From IMG/VR virus record IMGVR_UViG_3300026549_000080, positions 3,431-67,430 of that record: 64,000 bases of DNA. One strand, given 5' to 3'. The position numbers and the translations under genes are program-made. Positions 1 to 10,550 of this stretch are shown here, piece by piece; the first letter of the stretch is position 1, and each line of letters opens with the position of its first letter. This stretch comes from a virus. Lineage: Duplodnaviria > Caudoviricetes. Below the pieces are notes generated by a model. It worked only from the letters and a program-made list of their open reading frames with translations, did not search any database and had not been told where the DNA came from.

Positions 1-28
1 ACCAACTGTAATAAAAGTCATTTTCATT

Positions 29-3000
29 TTATTCCATCCTTTCTTTCATTGTTTGAATATATCCATTGTTATCTATTGAAGTTATAAGTTCTACTAAATG
101 ATACGGTGTATTCTTATATTTTTTTGCAATAAAATTACTATCTCTTTTGATTCCTGTTACAATAATTTTATTACCTCTACTTAGCCAACTTTTTTCAATA
201 ACCTTTTTGGTTCCATCAGGTCGCTTTTCGGATATTTGTCTATCATAATGAGTAAATGCATCACCAAATATCTTAACTGTTACTACACTATCATTAGTTA
301 ATAAAGTTACCATCTTCTTATTCTTATCTTTATCTAAAACTGTACCAGCTATTCTACATATTTTAAATAAAGGAACTTTTTGACCTGTTTCTTTTGACTT
401 AAACTCATAATTTACAACAGGTTCTTCTGGTAATTCGCTATAATTAGATAAACCATAAGCTCCATTTTTAAGATTCTTCAATTCATGGTCATGAATATAA
501 CATGAAATTGAATCCATTTCCCATCGACTTAAATTACCAAGACAATATTTATCCCATAAATCTTGTCTTAACTTATTGTTTACTTTGTCTAACAGCTCTT
601 GATTATTTTCTTTTATAAATGGACGAATAATATCCATTTGTTTTTTATATATTTTATCCCAATCAGTTTGCTTAATCAAGTAAAACATTCCATCTTGTGA
701 GTCTGTCGATGGTTTCAATAAATCCATATCAAAATGTTCATTATAAAAGTTTAAAGCTATATCATCAATTCCATAATAATTATCTATTTTATTCTTTTTA
801 ATATACTTATTAAAGTTATAAACCTTACATTGAAAATCATATTCTTCTGGTATAAAACCAAAGTTAATTAACATTTGCATATTCTGCAAAGTCATTCTTT
901 TCTTTTTATCTGTAATTAAATCTATATATACATTCATAGCTTCTATACGATTTCCATTATATAAACTATCAAATGCACCAGATTTAACCAAATTAACCAT
1001 TTGTGGTTTCTTAACTTTAATTTTACTTATAAAATCTTCTATAGATTCATATGGTCTATTATCCATAATCTGTCGAACTAAATCATCGCCAACTCCTGTA
1101 ATACCACTAAGCCCATAAATAATTCTATTATTATCTACATCGGGCGCGAAAGTATATTCAGATTTATTAATATCAGTTGATACAATTGATATACCTTCAT
1201 ATTTCATTTTTCCAATTGCTGTGGCGATTTTGCCATAATTAATTTTTGAGACCTTCCGTGTCTTGGTACTACCGCTATTATCGGTTTCTTCCAATTCGAC
1301 TCCAACGCCATCCTCAAAAACTCCCATTGATACATCATCAAAGGTTGTCCCGTCATCATTTCTATTTGTGTCTTCATTGCTAAAATGTTCTTCTCGTTCA
1401 TTTCCACCACTATCTGAAATAAGACAAGCGCAATCCCACAAAATTGTTGGATAACGAAATGCAAGATTTAATTCCTGCAATCCAATTAATGAATAGGCAA
1501 GTGTATGGGACAAATTAAAACCATATCCCTTACTCATAGCTATTAATACATTCCATACATATGTGCAAAGTCTTTCATTCAGCCCTTTTTCTTTTATAAC
1601 TTTAAAATATTCTTCGGTTAATTTCTCATATTCCGCTGGATTCTTTTTTGCAATTGACTTTCTTAATTTATCTGCCCAAGTCAAATCAAAACCACCTAAT
1701 TCTGGAAGCTGAACAAGTTGCATAAATTGTTCTTGTGCAATACACAATCCATAAGATACATTTAATACTGGTTCAAGAATTTCTTTGGCGTCGGCGCCGA
1801 GTCCGTATTTCTGTAATTCATAATCCCAATCAGATGGATGTGCTTTAAATCTTGCCAATTTATTAACTGGCATTTCTCCACCTTTTTCTGTAGCCATAAG
1901 ACGAATTGCAGAATTAAGAATTGCCAAGTCATCCACTGATGTTGGTTTCATTGCAGCTATACCACTTATTCCAGATTGTTTTTCCATTTGGAATAAACTC
2001 ATTACTTTATGGTTCCAACACATTGACCACATTTCTTGACTATCTCTTTCAAGATTATATATACCTACAATTTTTTCATAGGTTTCTTTTAAAGTGGGTT
2101 CTTCGGTTTCATAGCCATATTTACAAATTAAATCAATACAATTATGAATTTTATCTAATGCTTCTACTGAAAGTATATCATACTTAATCAATCCTGTATC
2201 TTCTGCGTCATGAAGGTCAAATTGTGTTATGATTTCTCCTTTTGGTGCTCGCATGAGTGCGGTTGATTCTGTAAAAGGTTCGTCAACAAAGATAACCCCT
2301 CCCGCGTGGATGCCACAGCCGTTGATAAGCCCTTCAATGCCTTGCGCAACTCTCCAAACCTCTGGGTAGTTTTCTTCCATTTCAATTCTAAATTGTGTTG
2401 ATGGTCCAAATCCATTTTCTTCATCTCCATAAAATGTTTGAGCTAAACTTCTTTGCTGTCCTCTATCTGCTTGAACAAAAGCAGAAAGATATGCAGCTAT
2501 ATCATTATCAATTCCAAGACCTCTACAAGCTGTCTGAATTGCAGATTTTGCTTTCTCGGTTTTAAGAGTTAATACATTTGCTACTCTATCTTCACCATAT
2601 ATATTGCGAAAACTTTTTAATACGTCTGCGCGCCGTCCACCTTCTATATCAATATCTACATCAAGAACTGATACACGCTCTGGATTAAGAAATCTCCAGC
2701 GTTTTGTTTGACTCTTTTCTCGAAGTGGATTTATTTGAGTTATTCCTAAAAGATATAACAAAATAAAACCTACTCCAGAGCCACGGCCGCAACCAACGAG
2801 AGTTCCCGCGTCCCAACAGGCGTCAATTATGTTTTGAAGATTTAAGAAGTAGGCACTCCATCTACTTCCATTTACCTCAGAGGATACCCAAGTGTCTTCA
2901 AGACAAGCATTTATTTCATCATAGGTTTCTTTATTTTGTAAAGTTTTATCTTTTTCAATTCTATCAACAATAATATCAGCTAGTCTTTTATCTTCTTCAT

Positions 3001-4027
3001 ATTCTGAATTATAAAAAGTTTTTAAATAAGGTATTTCATTTATATAATGTTCTTTCACCCAATTATTCGTTGTTATATTTTTCCAATTTAATCTCGGAAT
3101 ATTCAGTGGTTTCATTAATGTGAAATCTTTACATTTGTTTTTAATTTCAATTATATTCTGATAGGCTTTTTGAAGAACTTCTTCACCAAGTTCTCCCTCC
3201 ATATAACTTCTAATTTCTTCGTCACTCATTTGATAAGTCGTTGCATAAAAATCATCAACTTCTCTATCACCTTGTTGTGCATTAAGAAAAGCCTTATGAA
3301 TTGGTCTATCTTCTTTTTTCAAATAATGCGAATCAGTTGTAATTATATATTTAATTCCAAGCTCTTCGCCAAGTTCAACCAATTTATTATTTACATAAAT
3401 TTGTTCTTTATTCTTCGATGGTTGCATCTCAAAATAGAAATCTTCTTTGCCGAAGATTTCTTGCATTTGATATATCCATTTTTTAATTAAATCCATCGAA
3501 GGCGCGCCAGTTTCTTTGTTACGAAGAAGTTGAGTTGGAAGACACCCGCCAAGACAAGCTGTACTTCCAATTACATGACCTGGATTTGCACCAATTATAT
3601 CTACTAAATCTTGATAATATGTTGGTACTCTACGCATCCTGCGCGCCACCCAACTCCGCATCCAAGCACGAGTTGAGATTTCACGAATTTGTTTGTGTCC
3701 GATGCCATCTTTGGCAATAAGAATGAAATGAAAGTATCTATCAACTTCCTTATTAAAATTGTCATTTGTAAGTCCGTTACGAACTAAATAAATTTCATTA
3801 CCAAAAAGAACCTTAAAGTTAGGGTTATCTTTTTTAATTTTGTTGTAATACTTTTCTGCTCTAACCGCACTAGCTATTGTGTCATGTTCGGTAATTGCTA
3901 CTACTTCATGTCCAAGTTCAATTGAATAGTCAATAAGTGATTCTACAGTATTAATACTATCGCGCAAACGAAAGTTGCTGAAATCAGTATGACAATGCAG
4001 TGAACCAGGGTATTTGATTTTATCCAT
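29..4027 (-). CDS. dnaE: DNA polymerase III alpha subunit (phage DnaE, family C)
   Basis: N-terminal PHP domain (SLHCHTDFS, AITEH, TTDSHY), GRGSGVG motif, catalytic LDVDIDIE, GIHAGGV, C-terminal OB fold; no intein signature seen. Confidence 0.95.
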   Translation of the reverse strand: MDKIKYPGSLHCHTDFSNFRLRDSINTVESLIDYSIELGHEVVAITEHDTIASAVRAEKYYNKIKKDNPNFKVLFGNEIYLVRNGLTNDNFNKEVDRYFHFILIAKDGIGHKQIREISTRAWMRSWVARRMRRVPTYYQDLVDIIGANPGHVIGSTACLGGCLPTQLLRNKETGAPSMDLIKKWIYQMQEIFGKEDFYFEMQPSKNKEQIYVNNKLVELGEELGIKYIITTDSHYLKKEDRPIHKAFLNAQQGDREVDDFYATTYQMSDEEIRSYMEGELGEEVLQKAYQNIIEIKNKCKDFTLMKPLNIPRLNWKNITTNNWVKEHYINEIPYLKTFYNSEYEEDKRLADIIVDRIEKDKTLQNKETYDEINACLEDTWVSSEVNGSRWSAYFLNLQNIIDACWDAGTLVGCGRGSGVGFILLYLLGITQINPLREKSQTKRWRFLNPERVSVLDVDIDIEGGRRADVLKSFRNIYGEDRVANVLTLKTEKAKSAIQTACRGLGIDNDIAAYLSAFVQADRGQQRSLAQTFYGDEENGFGPSTQFRIEMEENYPEVWRVAQGIEGLINGCGIHAGGVIFVDEPFTESTALMRAPKGEIITQFDLHDAEDTGLIKYDILSVEALDKIHNCIDLICKYGYETEEPTLKETYEKIVGIYNLERDSQEMWSMCWNHKVMSLFQMEKQSGISGIAAMKPTSVDDLAILNSAIRLMATEKGGEMPVNKLARFKAHPSDWDYELQKYGLGADAKEILEPVLNVSYGLCIAQEQFMQLVQLPELGGFDLTWADKLRKSIAKKNPAEYEKLTEEYFKVIKEKGLNERLCTYVWNVLIAMSKGYGFNLSHTLAYSLIGLQELNLAFRYPTILWDCACLISDSGGNEREEHFSNEDTNRNDDGTTFDDVSMGVFEDGVGVELEETDNSGSTKTRKVSKINYGKIATAIGKMKYEGISIVSTDINKSEYTFAPDVDNNRIIYGLSGITGVGDDLVRQIMDNRPYESIEDFISKIKVKKPQMVNLVKSGAFDSLYNGNRIEAMNVYIDLITDKKKRMTLQNMQMLINFGFIPEEYDFQCKVYNFNKYIKKNKIDNYYGIDDIALNFYNEHFDMDLLKPSTDSQDGMFYLIKQTDWDKIYKKQMDIIRPFIKENNQELLDKVNNKLRQDLWDKYCLGNLSRWEMDSISCYIHDHELKNLKNGAYGLSNYSELPEEPVVNYEFKSKETGQKVPLFKICRIAGTVLDKDKNKKMVTLLTNDSVVTVKIFGDAFTHYDRQISEKRPDGTKKVIEKSWLSRGNKIIVTGIKRDSNFIAKKYKNTPYHLVELITSIDNNGYIQTMKERME

Positions 4028-4050
4028 TCACATTACCTCTTTCTTTTATT

Positions 4051-4087
4051 CTATATATATTATATCAAAGTTTTATTAATTTATCAA
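4051..4087 (-). promoter_or_regulatory. sigma70/sigmaA-type promoter upstream of dnaE
   Basis: Minus strand TTGATA-17 nt-TATAAT followed by ATATATAG; coordinates approximate. Confidence 0.7.
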
Positions 4088-4089
4088 TT

Positions 4090-4527
4090 TTAAGATAACG
4101 TTTTTGAAAATGGCATATCTAACTCAAAATCACTATCGGTATATTTATACGGTTTAGAATTAGCAGTAATATAAATATTAATTCCGCAATACCAACCGCC
4201 CTCACCTATAATTGATGTTACGATTTCAGACTCGTCGCCTTCATAAAAAGTTTTCCACGAACTTCTGTCAGTATCATTTTTGTTTTCTCCAATCCATCCA
4301 CTGATATAAATTTCATTATTAACATAAATACCCCAACACCTACCTCCAATAGCAATCTTTGGATTACCGAAATCTCCTAAATGACCAAAAGAATATTCGT
4401 AGCTATATTCTTTTATTTCTTTTAAAACATCTTTAAGCGTGTTGCCATATTTTCCAAAGGTTATTTCATAATTATAACTATAGCCTCCGCATATTTCATT
4501 ATGTCCACCTTTTTCAATTATTTTCAT
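4090..4527 (-). CDS. hypothetical protein
   Basis: 145-aa ORF with SD, co-oriented with neighbours. Confidence 0.7.
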   Translation of the reverse strand: MKIIEKGGHNEICGGYSYNYEITFGKYGNTLKDVLKEIKEYSYEYSFGHLGDFGNPKIAIGGRCWGIYVNNEIYISGWIGENKNDTDRSSWKTFYEGDESEIVTSIIGEGGWYCGINIYITANSKPYKYTDSDFELDMPFSKTLS

Positions 4528-4551
4528 AATATATATATTCCTTTCTTTATT

Positions 4552-4710
4552 TTATATTTGTTCTAATAGTGATTTAAAATACATTATTTGTTCTTCATCT
4601 TCACGAAGTCTTTCTTCTTTTTCTTCTGGACTACTACAATAATAACTTAAAAACCAACCTGTAGCGTCTTCTATTGCATTAATGTATAATTCTAGTAGTT
4701 CTTTCTTCAT
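4552..4710 (-). CDS. small hypothetical protein (52 aa, MKKELLELYINAIEDATGWF...)
   Basis: Read by hand (below ORF-track cut-off); AAAAGGA SD and a consensus promoter directly upstream. Confidence 0.6.
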   Translation of the reverse strand: MKKELLELYINAIEDATGWFLSYYCSSPEEKEERLREDEEQIMYFKSLLEQI

Positions 4711-4744
4711 ATTATAATATATTCCTTTCTATATTTTATATTAT

Positions 4745-4775
4745 AATTATATCAGATTTTTTTATTTTTGTCAAA
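4745..4775 (-). promoter_or_regulatory. consensus sigma70/sigmaA promoter
   Basis: Minus strand TTGACA-AAAATAAAAAAATCTGA(17)-TATAAT; coordinates approximate. Confidence 0.8.
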
Positions 4776-4787
4776 TTATTCGATATA

Positions 4788-4866
4788 CGTACTCTGCGGC
4801 CGGTCGTCGACGTCCATACATCGACTGAACCTATTTATTAAAATAGTTGAGCGGCCGCAGAGTACG
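4788..4866. repeat. GC-rich 15-bp perfect inverted repeat enclosing two small hairpins (three-way junction)
   Basis: CGTACTCTGCGGCCG (4788-4802) / CGGCCGCAGAGTACG (4852-4866); inner stems GTCGA/TCGAC and CTATTT/AAATAG. Confidence 0.8.
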
Positions 4867-4879
4867 AAAGACATCTGCA

Positions 4880-5077
4880 TTAATACCACGTGTCAAACCA
4901 ATCACATTTTACACACCTATATTGATATTTAGGCGGATAACAAGTAAGCACAATACCTACATTTTTATAAATTGGTTCTCCACATACTAGACACTCTATA
5001 TTAGTTTTTATCCAATTTCCTGGTGGCATTTCTTTAAAACGATTAGTTTCTTGTTCTTTATAATCTTCCCATTTCAT
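4880..5077 (-). CDS. small zinc-ribbon protein
   Basis: 65 aa with CLVC...CVKC pairs. Confidence 0.65.
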   Translation of the reverse strand: MKWEDYKEQETNRFKEMPPGNWIKTNIECLVCGEPIYKNVGIVLTCYPPKYQYRCVKCDWFDTWY

Positions 5078-5078
5078 T

Positions 5079-5123
5079 TTAAAATCCTAAGCTCCCATCT
5101 TCAATTTGATAGTTGGTAATAAT
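5079..5123 (-). pseudogene. displaced duplicate of the recJ 3' end (IITNYQIEDGSLGF*)
   Basis: Aligns with RecJ C-terminus FISDYEIKDNTLGF*; both copies end in the identical GGATTTTAAAATGAA. Confidence 0.75.
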
Positions 5124-5965
5124 TATTCTTTCCATCTCCAGTAATAACCCCCAACTTTTCGCCATGGTTCTTCGCAGGCTAATTTTAAACGATTTGTATT
5201 ATTAGGATTTTTTCCTATACTACGAAGAGCATCTGCCATAGTATTAAACTGATTAACTATTTCCTTATTATTATTTAACTGAATCACTCCTCTACGGCAT
5301 CTTTCAGAAGAACTAATAATTGGTATATTATGAAAATGTAATATAGTTTTTATTGACTCTCTGCTTTTATGATAATCCTTAGCTAACTGTCTAATAGATA
5401 CACCATTTTTATATAGATCAACTATTTTCAACGCCTCAGCAGTATAAAATTTTTTCTCTCTATGTTGTTTTCTTTGCTTTCTTAATTGCTGCGCTTCTAG
5501 ATTCTTATCGGGGTAATCTAAGAACTCCCAAGTTAATTTAATACCATTTAATTCTCCACAAGTATCCCATTCACCTTTTAAATAATGAGATAAGTTAGAA
5601 TTATCAACTTTTCCATATGCTGCCGCTTCATTTATACTATCAAAAATTTCTTGCGTTGTTAAACAAATAATTCTTTTTGATTCTACGGTCCCATAAGGCG
5701 AAACATTGTATCCGTTTTCAATACTATTATATTTTTGAATTAAATCGGCCTCTATTTGCAAGGCCGTATCTTTATCTAAATCTGTATATAATATTTTATG
5801 TTCAAAATTGTCCCACCCATATTTTTGAATGGCATGATAAAATTTAGGCTGCAATTCATAGCCTTTACCATTAATTCCCCAACGATTTTCACATTTTTGA
5901 GAAGTGATACCAATATAAGACTTACCATTAATTAAATTGGTGTGTTTATATACATTATAACCCAT
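5123..5965 (-). CDS. free-standing GIY-YIG homing endonuclease with NUMOD1-like/HTH DNA-binding repeats
   Basis: N-terminal YNVYKHTNLINGKSYIGITS...RW, E..LI..YNSIENGYN; C-terminal F.TMADA.R and GYYWRW. Confidence 0.85.
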   Translation of the reverse strand: MGYNVYKHTNLINGKSYIGITSQKCENRWGINGKGYELQPKFYHAIQKYGWDNFEHKILYTDLDKDTALQIEADLIQKYNSIENGYNVSPYGTVESKRIICLTTQEIFDSINEAAAYGKVDNSNLSHYLKGEWDTCGELNGIKLTWEFLDYPDKNLEAQQLRKQRKQHREKKFYTAEALKIVDLYKNGVSIRQLAKDYHKSRESIKTILHFHNIPIISSSERCRRGVIQLNNNKEIVNQFNTMADALRSIGKNPNNTNRLKLACEEPWRKVGGYYWRWKE

Positions 5966-6047
5966 TGCGATTTCTCCTTTTCTTTGTTCTAATTATAAGT
6001 AGAAATCCAACCCATTCACTTCATAAAATAAGTCCAATCCATTCATT

Positions 6048-7802
6048 TTAAAATCCCAAAGTGTTATCTTTAATTTCATAATCGGATATAAAAATCTGGG
6101 GAGTGTAAATATTATTCCACTCATTTAAATTTGCTCTACCAACGACTTCTAATTTAACATCACCATTATATTGTCCAAGCTCTTGAATAAAATCTTTAGC
6201 ATGAAATTTCATATAGGCAATACCAAATTTTTCTATTTTAACAGTATCAGCATTTTTACCCATAACTCGTATATCATCTTTAGTAATATTAATATCTTTA
6301 ATATGAATTAATGGCTCGCTATTGTGTTGACCCCAAATATTTTCATGCCGAGTAATATCAACAATTAAATCTTTTATATCAGAATCCGCAGCTATACGTT
6401 CAAAATTAACTTCATACCAAGACTCTCCAAAATCTACGTTTTCTAATTTCTGATTTGCGTATTGATGGAACGCCGCCAGATTCTTATCATATATTCCAAT
6501 TCCGCAAGCGTTATCATGGCCCGCAGTAAACGTAAATAAACCGCTTTCATCCATAAAGTTTTTAAACGATTTAAGTTCTGATTCATTTAAGCCTCTACTT
6601 GATCCTTTAATTTCTCCTTCGTCATTTAATCGTGCCACAATTGTAGGCTTTTGATATTTAGCTGCCAATTTCATAGCACACAGACCATTTAGCTCAGGGG
6701 GAAAATCTTCATCATCTAATCTAACAAAAAGAATTTTATTTTCTAAAAGATTGTATTTATGTATTTTAATTTCCAAAGTTTCTATTATTTTATCCAGTGT
6801 TCGATTTTGTTTTGAACGAGCATTAGTACACTCTCTAGCCGATTCAATTGCAAGCTCTTCTAATATTCCTTTAGCTCCACGCTTATTACTTGGAATCATT
6901 TTATGTCCGTTAATGAACGCTTCAAAGCATCTTTGTTTTTCGTCGTCTGCGCCGGCACGAATCATTGCATTAATGAGGGGTGTTATATAAAAGGCAACTG
7001 TTATAGGTGTTACTTTTCCTCCCGTTGAGAATGATTGCTTTTCACATAAAGCTTTGAAGAAATAGTTTTTGATATGTGCAAAACCAGTATGAACAATATA
7101 TCTATTCTCAAGTTCTAACATAGACATCATATCACTAACAATCCCCAGTGCGGCCAGGTCGATAAATTCATTTGCATAATCGACAGCATATTTTTTATCT
7201 AAATATCTACAGAATTGCCAAGTGACTCCGGCGCCACATAGGTCTTTATTTGTGTAGTTAGGAGACAATTGGTTATTGATAATAATAGAATAGTCAGAAA
7301 ATTTAGTATCTGATTCTACAATATGGTGGTCAAGAATTAAACAATAGATTCCTAACTCTCCTAATCTTTCAATGTATTCATAATCGTTGCTCCCTGCATC
7401 TGGAAGAACCACATATTTAATATTTGGATCTTCATTATATTTATCGGTTATTACATGAATAGTATCAGACAATCCATGACCTTTTCCTTTATGTAAAATA
7501 GTATCAATCTGAACTTTATTATTAAACTTTTGTAGATATTGTATGAAGATTGCGGCCGAGGTAAAACCATCCACATCACTGTCGGCAATTACAATAATTC
7601 TATCTTCATCAGTTAGCTGAATCATAGAATCAAAAATTTTACTACCTTCTTCTATATAATCTAAGTTTTCTGGTGACTGAAGCGCAGAATCATCAGGAAC
7701 ATTCAAAAAATATTCTAATTCTTGCTCTGTTAAACCCCGCTCTTTTAAAAGTTCGTTTGTATAGTTGCTTCTAATATCTTTATTGACTAGTCTTATTTTC
7801 AT
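6048..7802 (-). CDS. recJ: RecJ-like ssDNA 5'-3' exonuclease (DHH family)
   Basis: DSDVDGFTSA, ILDHH, DLCGAGV, ALGIVSDMM, KGSSRG, AGHDNACG. Confidence 0.92.
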   Translation of the reverse strand: MKIRLVNKDIRSNYTNELLKERGLTEQELEYFLNVPDDSALQSPENLDYIEEGSKIFDSMIQLTDEDRIIVIADSDVDGFTSAAIFIQYLQKFNNKVQIDTILHKGKGHGLSDTIHVITDKYNEDPNIKYVVLPDAGSNDYEYIERLGELGIYCLILDHHIVESDTKFSDYSIIINNQLSPNYTNKDLCGAGVTWQFCRYLDKKYAVDYANEFIDLAALGIVSDMMSMLELENRYIVHTGFAHIKNYFFKALCEKQSFSTGGKVTPITVAFYITPLINAMIRAGADDEKQRCFEAFINGHKMIPSNKRGAKGILEELAIESARECTNARSKQNRTLDKIIETLEIKIHKYNLLENKILFVRLDDEDFPPELNGLCAMKLAAKYQKPTIVARLNDEGEIKGSSRGLNESELKSFKNFMDESGLFTFTAGHDNACGIGIYDKNLAAFHQYANQKLENVDFGESWYEVNFERIAADSDIKDLIVDITRHENIWGQHNSEPLIHIKDINITKDDIRVMGKNADTVKIEKFGIAYMKFHAKDFIQELGQYNGDVKLEVVGRANLNEWNNIYTPQIFISDYEIKDNTLGF

Positions 7803-7930
7803 TTATTAATCTCCCATAATCTTGTTAGTTTTATTTCTTTAGCAATTTTTTCTAATGTATTTCTAATACTTATTAAAGTAAAATCAATACTAAGTAACAT
7901 AATTATTATACTTAAACCTATTAGTTTCAT

Positions 7931-8983
7931 CTATCTTACCCTCACTCTCCTATTATACAGTTTCCAAAATATATCTGCTCCCTTATCAGTGGGGCTATCT
8001 TTCATTTCTAATAAATTTTCTCTATCATATATAAAAGAAAAATCACAATAATTCTGATATTTTTTACCCATATTATATAATTTATTAAAGTAATCTTCAC
8101 TACCTGGTTTTTCTTCTTTGTCAAAACAAATTACTATTTCTTTGGGTCTTGCTGTTTGCATCAGCAATTTTAAAGCGTGTTTGTTGAATTGACTTCCGCA
8201 TACTGCGGCGCCGCAGTTAGCAAAATCCCAGCCTTCCATTTGAAGTACTGCTTTTTCACTTTCACAAATAAAACATATTCCAGTTCTTTTTATATTTTCT
8301 TTTGTCCAATTTAATCCATACAAATTTAAAGATAACGGATGACTATACCACTTACCCTCTATTTGTACTGGCATATATTTACCTAAATTTTCAACTTCCC
8401 ATTCGTTGAGTGCGCGCCCTCGAACGCCTACGAGTTCTCCATCTACATTATAATGCGGAATTATAATTTTATTTTGTGTTGTTGAATATCTAATATTAAA
8501 CTTATCCATACTTCGTTTTGTAATGCCATCGTTTAACCATTCTGGTGGATAAAACTTAGTAAAACAATCTATTATTCCATTTGGATAAATTTGTAATTTT
8601 ATACGCTCGGGCGCAGAGTACGTACTGCGTATACTTTGATACCGCTTTGTTGTAAACCCTTCTGTTTGTCTATAATTACTACAGTCTAAAATTACTTTAT
8701 ATATATCTTCATACCAATCAAAATCTATTTGTCTGGTTTCATAATAATGCTTCATAAAACTAAAAATACTCATATTGCCACATTCAGTATAACAAACAAA
8801 CATATGGCTATTTTCATAGTAATAAAGTTTCATTGAAGCTTCATGTGGATCTATATTATGACATATAGTGGAAAAAATTACATATCCATTCTTTTCAATA
8901 TAATCTTCTGCTCCTAACTTCTCCATCAAAGCGATAACTTTTTGAGTATCTAATTGTTCAATTATACCTTTATAATCAATCAA
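7931..8983 (-). CDS. dnaG: DNA primase (Zn finger + TOPRIM)
   Basis: CHN...CYTEC zinc-binding domain, ICESEKAV TOPRIM glutamate, CFDKE; adjacent to helicase. Confidence 0.8.
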   Translation of the reverse strand: MIDYKGIIEQLDTQKVIALMEKLGAEDYIEKNGYVIFSTICHNIDPHEASMKLYYYENSHMFVCYTECGNMSIFSFMKHYYETRQIDFDWYEDIYKVILDCSNYRQTEGFTTKRYQSIRSTYSAPERIKLQIYPNGIIDCFTKFYPPEWLNDGITKRSMDKFNIRYSTTQNKIIIPHYNVDGELVGVRGRALNEWEVENLGKYMPVQIEGKWYSHPLSLNLYGLNWTKENIKRTGICFICESEKAVLQMEGWDFANCGAAVCGSQFNKHALKLLMQTARPKEIVICFDKEEKPGSEDYFNKLYNMGKKYQNYCDFSFIYDRENLLEMKDSPTDKGADIFWKLYNRRVRVR

Positions 8984-10550
8984 TTAATTCACCTTGATTT
9001 AACCTTTCTACTAATATCTTAAAATGCTCATCCTCATGTTCGTCCCAACTTTTAATTTTGTAACTATCTATCTCATTAAAGTTTTCTACTGGTTCCATTC
9101 GAGAATCGGTTATAAATAAATCTCTTCTTTTTAAAGTTCCCAAATTCATATCAGACCAAATACGAACTTGTGACCATTCACCACTTCTAACTTTAAATAT
9201 ATCTGTTACTAAATTAGGTTTATTTTCTGGTCTATTCTCATATAATGGTTGTAATATTTCTAATTCTTCTTTAGTTGGTCGTGCCATTACTGCGCCATTA
9301 TCAGCTTTATTAATCGTACTTCGACCGCCTGCTAAAGTTCCTTCATTTCTTATATCTTTATTATCATCACCTTTTGCATTTAACTGAGTAGAAGTAAACA
9401 TTGCTACATCCAATTCAACCGCCAAATCTTTTAAAGCTGTTGCGAACATCAATAACACTTCATCATTTCTCAGTGCAAATCCTCTAAACTCATTTAACAA
9501 TGACGGCCCAATAAAAATATAATCATAAAATACATAACCAATATCATGTATAATACAATTCTCTCTTACAATTGTTTTTACAGATTCAATTGTAGGGTTT
9601 GGCATTTTAACTAATATTAAATTCTCACTAAACTTCTCCATCAAATGAATCGCCTGATGAATTACACCCATTTCTCTTTCTGAAAAATCAGCATATTTAA
9701 ATCTACTTCTATTTATATCAGTTAAATAAGCCAATATCATCAATCTAACTTCTTTAAACCTCTGTTCAGTAACAATAAATAAAACCTTTTCATTATTACC
9801 TTCTAGCTCCCACTCACAAGTCATCGCATTATATCTAAAAGGATAAGCTAAATAACAAGCATCGGCAATTGCATTTGAGGTTTTACCAACTCCACTCGCC
9901 GCAGAACGAATTGTTAATGTACCTTTTTTCGCTCCATCAATAACTTGATTATAAATACTACCTTGAACTGGCATACCTATTTCATATGCTGCGCCAAGCT
10001 GATCAATCAACTCTTCCATTCCTGTGGCAGCCGATTCAACTTCTACTTCATCAGTTGTTTCATATTTAGTTTCAATCCCAACCAATTTTTTTCTAACCGC
10101 ATCGGTTATCATTTTTGGAGTCAAAAAATTAAATCGTTCATTAATTTCTTGCGACTCAGGTTTTGTTAAATCTTCACAATAAAACTCACTTATATCAAAA
10201 CCTTGTTTATTTAAATCTTTTAAAAGATTAAACATTTTAAATCGGTTATAATAAAAGTCAAAATTATCAACTTCAGAAAGCTCTATTATATCCTGTAAAT
10301 ATTCAATCCCATTTTTATCTTTAAAAGTTTTCGCAGAAACTTGATCTGCTTCTAAAAAATTCTCTATATCTATTGGCTGTATTTTAGTCGCGCCATTACG
10401 ATACAATCCATTGATTGCCATAAATATAGAACGCTCAAACCTGGTGGAGAAATCAGTTAAGATGAAAGAATACTTATCAACTTCACTTAACAATTGTGGT
10501 TTCTTCATTAGACAGCCAAGTATTTGTTGAGTATCTCTTTTGTCTATCAC
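8976..10550 (-). CDS. dnaB: DnaB-like replicative helicase
   Basis: Walker A AASGVGKTS, VFYDYI, TSTQLN, C-terminal IFKVRSG. Confidence 0.85.
   Translation of the reverse strand: MIDKRDTQQILGCLMKKPQLLSEVDKYSFILTDFSTRFERSIFMAINGLYRNGATKIQPIDIENFLEADQVSAKTFKDKNGIEYLQDIIELSEVDNFDFYYNRFKMFNLLKDLNKQGFDISEFYCEDLTKPESQEINERFNFLTPKMITDAVRKKLVGIETKYETTDEVEVESAATGMEELIDQLGAAYEIGMPVQGSIYNQVIDGAKKGTLTIRSAASGVGKTSNAIADACYLAYPFRYNAMTCEWELEGNNEKVLFIVTEQRFKEVRLMILAYLTDINRSRFKYADFSEREMGVIHQAIHLMEKFSENLILVKMPNPTIESVKTIVRENCIIHDIGYVFYDYIFIGPSLLNEFRGFALRNDEVLLMFATALKDLAVELDVAMFTSTQLNAKGDDNKDIRNEGTLAGGRSTINKADNGAVMARPTKEELEILQPLYENRPENKPNLVTDIFKVRSGEWSQVRIWSDMNLGTLKRRDLFITDSRMEPVENFNEIDSYKIKSWDEHEDEHFKILVERLNQGELID

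Noticed and set aside
29-4027. Intein or intron in dnaE (also checked gyrA, gyrB, dnaB)
   Set aside because: ORFs are continuous, and no intein splice-junction motifs or LAGLIDADG insert are apparent.
4803-4851. Hammerhead or twister-sister ribozyme in the three-way junction
   Set aside because: Lacks the CUGANGA and GAAA core and the twister-sister loop motifs on either strand.
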